Of a stretch of 64,000 nucleotides of DNA, positions 55,093 to 64,000 are shown piece after piece; position 1 is the stretch's first letter, and each line of letters begins with the position of its first letter. Location: the NCBI GenBank assembly GCA_964016885.1, contig OZ024745.1, positions 128,216,001 to 128,280,000 on the forward strand. The letters are read 5' to 3'. The stretch is from Eledone cirrhosa. Lineage: Eukaryota. Under the pieces are notes generated by a model that saw only the letters and a program-made list of their open reading frames with translations, did not search any database and had not been told where the DNA came from. Made by a program: the position numbers and the translations under genes.

Positions 55093-56417
55093 ATGTATAT
55101 ATATATATACGTATACATATGTGTGTGTGTAATATTGAAGTTGTTACTAACATACATTTTAGGGCCAGAGTTTTATGCTTCATAATTTTAGGTCCTAACA
55201 AACATTCCATCCCTTCCTAATTATCCAGGGTGGTTTTATTTATTCACATTCTGTTATTATTATTTGAGGACTATACACGTTTAGATGGCCGTCGTTTCAA
55301 AGGAATAATAAATGAGACCTCAAATGTAGAAGTAACATTAATTTTGTTGCAGCTAACAAAGACAACTTTAGAATCTGAAAACTAGGTGGCGAAGGATGCT
55401 ACACATACTAATTATTAATCAGCTCATACCTTGGATTATAAAGTGGTTAATAGATGAAAACATGCAGTACATACCTTTAAAGAGAACAGAAACTGCATTG
55501 ATTTGAAGAAGTTTTTAAATGGTCTGGATACTGTTCTTCCATATGTACTTAAGAATTTTAATTTGCAGCAACGTGATTTTGGATTCAATTCAATTGCGAG
55601 ATACCTTTGACATATGTGTTCTCTCATAGACTCAGACCAATCGAGGATTTTTGAGTGAAATTTTGTTGGTGGAAAATATGTAGAAGCCCTTTGGAAGGAA
55701 GGTTTATTCTTTGGCTCAAAGACTTAATTCATTAACCTGTTTGGCAATTTAATACTTTCTTGGTTGGCTTCGACGGAGATTCTATTCTGTTGCAAGTTTG
55801 TAAGTCAATTCTCCCACCTGAGAATACATTCTCTTCATCCTATCAACTACGAGTCTCTGAAAACGCTCATGGATTCTAAGAATAAATTTCAAAACCGTAA
55901 ACAGAAGCTTTTGGATTATATTTTTACAGCAATGTATCCATTTATTTTTAGTTGTGAATGAGTTTTATGACTGCTACAATGTCCCTTCGTCATCACATAC
56001 TATTTATAGTGAACGATATATCTTACTACATAGGTACATGGACTAATAACGATGAATATGAGGCATTGTTTGTGAAGAAATGGCAGTATAGATAGAACGA
56101 GGGCAACCAGTACATATTCGTTCAATATTGAAAATGTATGAACTAAATCATTGTGAAATAACGATTTTTTTTTAAAACGAACATATTGACTAATACATTC
56201 TCTAAGAAAAAAGAATGGCTACCGTTCGAATGCTTTTGAGAATATATCTACTCAAACAATACCAACATATAGTTATATCGCAACATTAAATGTCAGCATA
56301 CTGATACAAAAGGGTTATAAATTCCACTGAATATAATCAAACATAAAGAAATGATAATGCATATGGTAGTTCCAAGATAACCATGGGCATCGCTAACTTT
56401 GCGTTATAGAAAAACAA

Positions 56418-59400
56418 AATTTGTTTTACTTTGCAATTAACAGAATGTGTATTACTTTGCAACTAACAGAATGTGTATTACTTTGCAACTAACAGAATGT
56501 GTATTACTTTGCAACTAACAGAATGTGTATTACTTTGCAACTAACAGAATTTGTATTACTTTGCAACTAACAGAATGTGTATTACTTTGCAACTAACAGA
56601 ATTTGTATTACTTTGCAACTAACAGAATATGTATTACTTTGCAACTAACAGAATATGTATTACTTTGCAACTAACAGAATTTGTATTACTTTGCAACTAA
56701 CAGAATTTGTATTACTTTGCAACTAACAGAATGTGTATTACTTTGCAACTAACAGAATTTGTATTACTTTGCAACTAACAGAATATGTATTACTTTGCAA
56801 CTAACAGAATTTGTTTTACTTTGCAACTAACAGAATATGTATTACTTTGCAACTAACAGAATGTGTTTTACTTTGCAACTAACAGAATTTGTATTACTTT
56901 GCAACTAACAGAATATGTATTACTTTGCAACTAACAGAATGTGTATTACTTTGCAACTAACAGAATTTGTATTACTTTGCAACTAACAGAATATGTATTA
57001 CTTTGCAACTAACAGAATGTGTTTTACTTTGCAACTAACAGAATATGTATTACTTTGCAACTAACAGAATGTGTTTTACTTTGCAACTAACAGAATGTGT
57101 TTTACTTTGCAACTAACAGAATGTGTATTACTTTGCAACTAACAGAATGTGTTTTACTTTGCAACTAACAGAATGTGTTTTACTTTGCAACTAACAGAAT
57201 GTGTTTTACTTTGCAACTAACAGAATGTGTTTTACTTTGCAACTAACAGAATGTGTTTTACTTTGCAACTAACAGAATGTGTTTTACTTTGCAACTAACA
57301 GAATGTGTTTTACTTTGCAACTAACAGAATGTGTATTACTTTGCAACTAACAGAATGTGTATTACTTTGCAACTAACAGAATGTGTTTTACTTTGCAACT
57401 AACAGAATGTGTTTTACTTTGCAACTAACAGAATGTGTATTACTTTGCAACTAACAGAATGTGTTTTACTTTGCAACTAACAGAATGTGTTTTACTTTGC
57501 AACTAACAGAATATGTTTTACTTTGCAACTAACAGAATGTGTTTTACTTTGCAACTAACAGAATGTGTTTTACTTTGCAACTAACAGAATGTGTATTACT
57601 TTGCAACTAACAGAATGTGTATTACTTTGCAACTAACAGAATGTGTTTTACTTTGCAACTAACAGAATGTGTTTTACTTTGCAACTAACAGAATGTGTAT
57701 TACTTTGCAACTAACAGAATGTGTTTTACTTTGCAACTAACAGAATGTGTTTTACTTTGCAACTAACAGAATGTGTATTACTTTGCAACTAACAGAATGT
57801 GTTTTACTTTGCAACTAACAGAATGTGTTTTACTTTGCAACTAACAGAATGTGTATTACTTTGCAACTAACAGAATGTGTTTTACTTTGCAACTAACAGA
57901 ATGTGTTTTACTTTGCAACTAACAGAATGTGTTTTACTTTGCAACTAACAGAATGTGTTTTACTTTGCAACTAACAGAATGTGTTTTACTTTGCAACTAA
58001 CAGAATGTGTTTTACTTTGCAACTAACAGAATGTGTTTTACTTTGCAACTAACAGAATGTGTTTTACTTTGCAACTAACAGAATGTGTATTACTTTGCAA
58101 CTAACAGAATGTGTATTACTTTGCAACTAACAGAATGTGTTTTACTTTGCAACTAACAGAATGTGTTTTACTTTGCAACTAACAGAATGTGTATTACTTT
58201 GCAACTAACAGAATGTGTTTTACTTTGCAACTAACAGAATGTGTTTTACTTTGCAACTAACAGAATGTGTTTTACTTTGCAACTAACAGAATGTGTTTTA
58301 CTTTGCAACTAACAGAATGTGTTTTACTTTGCAACTAACAGAATGTGTTTTACTTTGCAACTAACAGAATTTGTTTTACTTTGCAACTAACAGAATTTGT
58401 ATTACTTTGCAACTAACAGAATGTGTTACTTTGCAACTAACAGAATGTGTTTTACTTTGCAACTAACAGAATGTGTTTTACTTTGCAACTAACAGAATAT
58501 GTATTACTTTGCAACTAACAGAATGTGTTTTACTTTGCAACTAACAGAATGTGTTTTACTTTGCAACTAACAGAATGTGTTTTACTTTGCAACTAACAGA
58601 ATATGTATTACTTTGCAACTAACAGAATATGTATTACTTTGCAACTAACAGAATGTGTTTTACTTTGCAACTAACAGAATATGTATTACTTTGCAACTAA
58701 CAGAATGTGTTTTACTTTGCAACTAACAGAATATGTATTACTTTGCAACTAACAGAATGTGTTTTACTTTGCAACTAACAGAATATGTATTACTTTGCAA
58801 CTAACAGAATGTGTTTTACTTTGCAACTAACAGAATATGTATTACTTTGCAACTAACAGAATATGTATTACTTTGCAACTAACAGAATATGTATTACTTT
58901 GCAACTAACAGAATATGTATTACTTTGCAACTAACAGAATATGTATTACTTTGCAACTAACAGAATATGTATTACTTTGCAACTAACAGAATGTGTTTTA
59001 CTTTGCAACTAACAGAATATGTATTACTTTGCAACTAACAGAATGTGTTTTACTTTGCAACTAACAGAATGTGTTTTACTTTGCAACTAACAGAATGTGT
59101 TTTACTTTGCAACTAACAGAATGTGTTTTACTTTGCAACTAACAGAATGTGTTTTACTTTGCAACTAACAGAATGTGTTTTACTTTGCAACTAATAGAAT
59201 GTGTTTTACTTTGCAACTAACAGAATGTGTTTTACTTTGCAACTAACAGAATATGTATTACTTTGCAACTAACAGAATATGTATTACTTTGCAACTAACA
59301 GAATGTGTTTTACTTTGCAACTAACAGAATGTGTTTTACTTTGCAACTAACAGAATGTGTTTTACTTTGCAACTAACAGAATATGTATTACTTTGCAACT

Positions 59401-59870
59401 AACAGAATGTGTTTTACTTTGCAACTAACAGAATATGTATTACTTTGCAACTAACAGAATATGTATTACTTTGCAACTAACAGAATGTGTTTTACTTTGC
59501 AACTAACAGAATGTGTTTTACTTTGCAACTAACAGAATATGTATTACTTTGCAACTAACAGAATATGTATTACTTTGCAACTAACAGAATGTGTTTTACT
59601 TTGCAACTAACAGAATGTGTTTTACTTTGCAACTAACAGAATATGTATTACTTTGCAACTAACAGAATATGTATTACTTTGCAACTAACAGAATGTGTTT
59701 TACTTTGCAACTAACAGAATGTGTTTTACTTTGCAACTAACAGAATATGTATTACTTTGCAACTAACAGAATATGTATTACTTTGCAACTAACAGAATGT
59801 GTTTTACTTTGCAACTAACAGAATGTGTTTTACTTTGCAACTAACAGAATTTGTTTTACTTTGCAACTAA
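56418..59870. repeat. 26-bp satellite array, ~133 copies
   Basis: aactaacagaat(g/a/t)tgt(a/t)ttactttgc. Confidence 0.97.
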
Positions 59871-59951
59871 AGCATTGTCAAACAACAAAGGTTTTCTGAG
59901 TCAGTTGTTATTGGTGTTCAGTAATTGTTGTTATTGTTGTTTAGCATCAAA

Positions 59952-60395
59952 GGGAGGTGGATTGGCTGTATCGGCAGAGCGTCGGACAACATTCTTTGCA
60001 GCATAGAGTTACGGTCCTTTATATTCTGGGTTCAAATCCTGCCGAGGTTAACTTTATTGTTCATCCTTACGGGGTCAATAAAATAAAGCGCCAGTAATTC
60101 ACTGGGGACTATTTAATCGACTTTCTCCTCCTCCTCTTCACAGTACTAGCCTTGTGCCTATAGTAGAAATCATCATTATTATGGGTTGGCAGTATCGGTA
60201 GAAGGTCGGACACCATGCTTTGCAGCATAGAGTTACGTCCCTTTACGGTCTGAGTTCAAATCCTGCCGATGTTAACTTTGCCGTTCATCCTTATGGGGTC
60301 GATAAAATGAAGTACCAGTAATGTACTGGCGTCGATTTAATCAACTTTCTCTTTCCCCAAAAATTGTTGGCATTGTGCCTAAACCAGAAATCATT
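59952..60395 (+). mobile_element. Two tandem main SINE copies
   Basis: Heads at ~59952 and ~60182. Confidence 0.9.
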
Positions 60396-61661
60396 GTTGA
60401 TTAGCATCAAGTCAAACCTGATAGAACCAACCTAGGGTCAAATACATTCAAGCAGGAACCAACTTTCATCTGAACAGTACACACAATCTCAGTTATTTTT
60501 GTTGTTGATGTTGTTGCTGTTGTTTCTACTGTTGTTGTTATTGTTGTTATTGCTGGTGTTTAGCCGCAAGACAGTTTTGATTTAAAATGATGAAAAAATC
60601 TTCCGATCGTGACATGTATGAGACTAAATTAATCAATGTACATTTCCTTTTAATATTAAATTTACTAATCCGAGATGGATTTGACTGCTACGTTTACCAA
60701 GTCAAGTGACCTCGTTGTCGTTAGAGTCAGAAGTTCAAGTTCCTGCTTGTTTCGGTTAGAACAAATATTTTTGGGAGTGTATAGAGAAAAAAAATTAATT
60801 TCTGAAAACTGCTACTACGCATATTTAAATATTTAACTAAAAAATAACTGAATAATTCGGGTGAATAAAACCCTGGAAACGAATATGTTGAGGCATGGCA
60901 GAGAAGCATGGATCTATGGTTAAAAGATCGCTTTGAAGCCACGTTGTGTTGGCTTACGTCTCTCTGTGCGGTATCTTGAGCAAGTGTAGTCAGCTATAGC
61001 CAACTGTTTAATCAATGTCTTGTGATTGGAAGCTGATTGAAGAAAACTGCAGCAGCACATACTATATATGTGTATACCTGTGTATGTCACAATTGATAAT
61101 ATTGGTACTGTAGAAGATCAGTATACAGAAACCTTTGTAATAGTATATTGGATGCAAATATAAATTCAGTTATTTAAGTGTAAATATACTTTAGTTGTAG
61201 AAGTGACGTCTGGACGAGTATCCCCCATTACCAACTAACTTGTCCTCTACCTATGGGTCCCGGCCCACAGGATGGAGAATGCATTGCCTCGGAGAACAAC
61301 GAGGGAGACGCGCTGAAACAGCCAATCCACTTTGCGGGACTCGCACCAGCGGGGGACAATATAGAAGATATGATTGACTAAATCGAAACAAGGCTGAAGT
61401 TTAATGACTGAAACCAACAAAAATAATTATACAAGATGTATAAAAAAAAAAGTTTGGCTAACATAGGCTCTTGTTGATATAAGTCTGTTAGCTTCTGCTG
61501 TCTAAGTTGATGTACAACATGTTGTTTTAAATAATCCAACATATTGTTTTGGTGTATACCAGATTGTCCATTACCATATTCCAACAGCTTTTGTTATAAA
61601 ACAATATGGCTGAGTTCTCTAAACATTCAACTTCCGCCGCTTAGCGTATATATACATACTT

Positions 61662-61721
<60 letters not shown>

Positions 61722-61725
<4 letters not shown>

Positions 61726-61910
61726 AAAATGTATGACCCCGACGGCAGAGATCAAGCCGTTTCGACGGCTATTTTTGGACCAGAAATACCCGTCGAAACG
61801 GCTTGAGCTCTGCCGTCGGGGTCATACATTTTCCTATTACTCACTATACTACCCTAAGTATTGAGTACTCTGGTATATTATGGTCCATCTGGTTCCTTAC
61901 CATAACTCCG

Positions 61911-61912
<2 letters not shown>
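61722..61912 (+). mobile_element. Fold-back family C in (TA)n
   Basis: taggaaaatgtatgaccccgacggcagag..ctctgccgtcggggtcatacattttccta, plus tail. Confidence 0.85.
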
Positions 61913-61946
<34 letters not shown>

Positions 61947-62017
61947 AGGTATATACGTATATATATATATATATACATGTGTGTTAGTATGTGTCTGTGT
62001 GTGTGTGAATGTATATG

Positions 62018-62048
<31 letters not shown>

Positions 62049-62307
62049 TTCTGTGTGTGTGCGTGTATGTATATATGTGTATGTATATATGCATGTATGT
62101 ATGTATATGTGTGTATGTATGTATGCATGTATGTAAGTATGTATGTATGTGTATGTATATACATGTTTAGTTCTAAATTTCTTTTGTTACTTGCTTCCGT
62201 TCTTTGGTTTATATGATCAGCCAATGTTTGTTTACATCTTCTACTAAATTATCCTCTTACCCCCCCCCCTCTCTCTCACTCTATATATTTCTATTATATA
62301 TATATAC

Positions 62308-62338
<31 letters not shown>

Positions 62339-62346
62339 AGTGAGTT

Positions 62347-62454
62347 AGAAGAAGAAGAAGAAGAAGAAGAAGAAGAAGAAGAAGAAGAAGAAGAAGAAGA
62401 AGAAGAAGAAGAAGAAGAAGAAGAAGAAGAAGAAGAAGAAGAAGAAGAAGAAGA
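62347..62454. repeat. (GAA)n microsatellite
   Basis: Direct reading. Confidence 0.95.
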
Positions 62455-62796
62455 TTGAGTGTATGTGACTCGCAATAGTTTGAGAAGACAAAGAGAGGGA
62501 GGGAGAGGGGCGGAGAATCAATGATGGAGAGAGAGGTGAAGAATGTGAGTTAGGGAGGGAGAAAGATATATATGGGGAGACATAGAGATACAAACAGAGA
62601 GATAAAGAGAGATTAAAGAAAAATATGGAAAAGAGATTAACGCGAGGAGGGTGAAAGAGAGAAGTGAGTACACGGACAGTTCTGGATGTCACACACATCT
62701 ATACTTTATCTGATTGTAATATAGGAGACGAAAGAAATAGCCTGAATATAAATACTTTCTCACTTGGGTATACTTGTCATTCGAAATCACTAATGA

Positions 62797-63450
62797 CCAT
62801 TCTCTCAGTCATTTGTGCACACTTTAACACACACACACATGCACACACACACATTCACACATGCACAGACATACACACACATACACACACATTCACACAC
62901 CATTCTCTCAGTCATTTGTGCACACTTCAACACACATACACACATGCACACACACACATTCACACATGCACACACATACACACACATACACACACATTCA
63001 CACACCATTCTCTCAGTCATTTGTGCACACTTCAACACACATACACACATGCACACACATACACACACATACACACACATTCACACACCATTCTCTCAGT
63101 CATTTGTGCACACTTCAACACACATACACACATGCACACACACACACATTCACACATGCACACACATACACACACATACACACACATTCACACACCATTC
63201 TCTCAGTCATTTGTGCACACTTCAACACACATACACACATGCACACACATACACACACATTCACACACCATTCTCTCAGTCATTTGAGCACACTTTACCA
63301 CACATACACACAGGCACACACATACACACACATTCACACACCATTCTCTCAGTCATTTGTGCACAATTTAACACACATACACACACACATATATACACAC
63401 ACACACACACTCACACACCATTTTCTCAGTCATTTGTGCACACTTTAACA
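62797..63450. repeat. Compound tandem repeat: ~26-bp anchor x8 with variable CA-rich linkers
   Basis: ccattctctcagtcatttgtgcacac recurs every ~73-107 bp. Confidence 0.9.
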
Positions 63451-64000
63451 CAAATGCACATACACACATACACATACGCACACACATACACACATACGCA
63501 CTCTCACACACCTACACACGCATACACAATTATAAATAGCCGGATTTGCATGTCACTACTGAATCAAGCATTATACTATTATATCTTCATTGTACTGTAT
63601 AGTTTCCCTGTGCTGCTGATCCGTTTACTTTTCGCATATATCATCATCATCATCATCATCATCATCATTTAATGTCCGCTTTGCCTGCTAGCAATGATTC
63701 TAAAAAGAACATTTCACAGGCATCTTTCCCTAGGGATATAGACTTAGATAAGCGATCTAAAGCTAGAAGGCTCCACTAGGTTCCCTTACTGCAGTTTCCA
63801 AGATCAAGGACAATACCACCCTAATAGATTGAGACAGTCGTTCCTGTCAGAATATCTGCTCGTCAGAGGGTTTCTTTAAGGTATAATATTATTATTTTTC
63901 CTTGCGCCATGCTGGATCGATGAGAATGAACTTCTTTCACGTAACTGGTTTATATATATTTTGTCTTATACCTTACAGAAACCTTAATCTATAAGGATGG

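Noticed and set aside
62797-63450. CRISPR-like constant repeat with variable spacers
   Set aside because: Spacers are related CA-microsatellite, the context is eukaryotic, and there are no cas genes.

Overview
AT-rich, microsatellite-saturated animal DNA. The SINE families and repeat landscape suggest an octopus/coleoid cephalopod (inference). Almost all ORF-track entries are translations of simple repeats. What can be supported: about 22 copies of one tRNA-derived SINE; fragments of RTE, R4/Dong-like and Tx1 LINEs; a Penelope GIY-YIG 3' end; hAT, piggyBac, Tigger-like and Helitron-like non-autonomous elements; several minisatellites including a 3.45 kb 26-mer array; and a few weak host-exon candidates. 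The main result is a set of short, non-coding fold-back elements inserted in (TA)n tracts. Several carry complete type I hammerhead ribozyme folds. In one family (4 loci) stem II covaries around an invariant C-C mismatch, and other copies have long or branched stem II domains. Otherwise unrelated families share a TACTC...GAGTRC 3' stem-loop. This looks like a Penelope-mobilised, ribozyme-bearing non-autonomous element system. All structures were folded by eye and none is experimentally tested.
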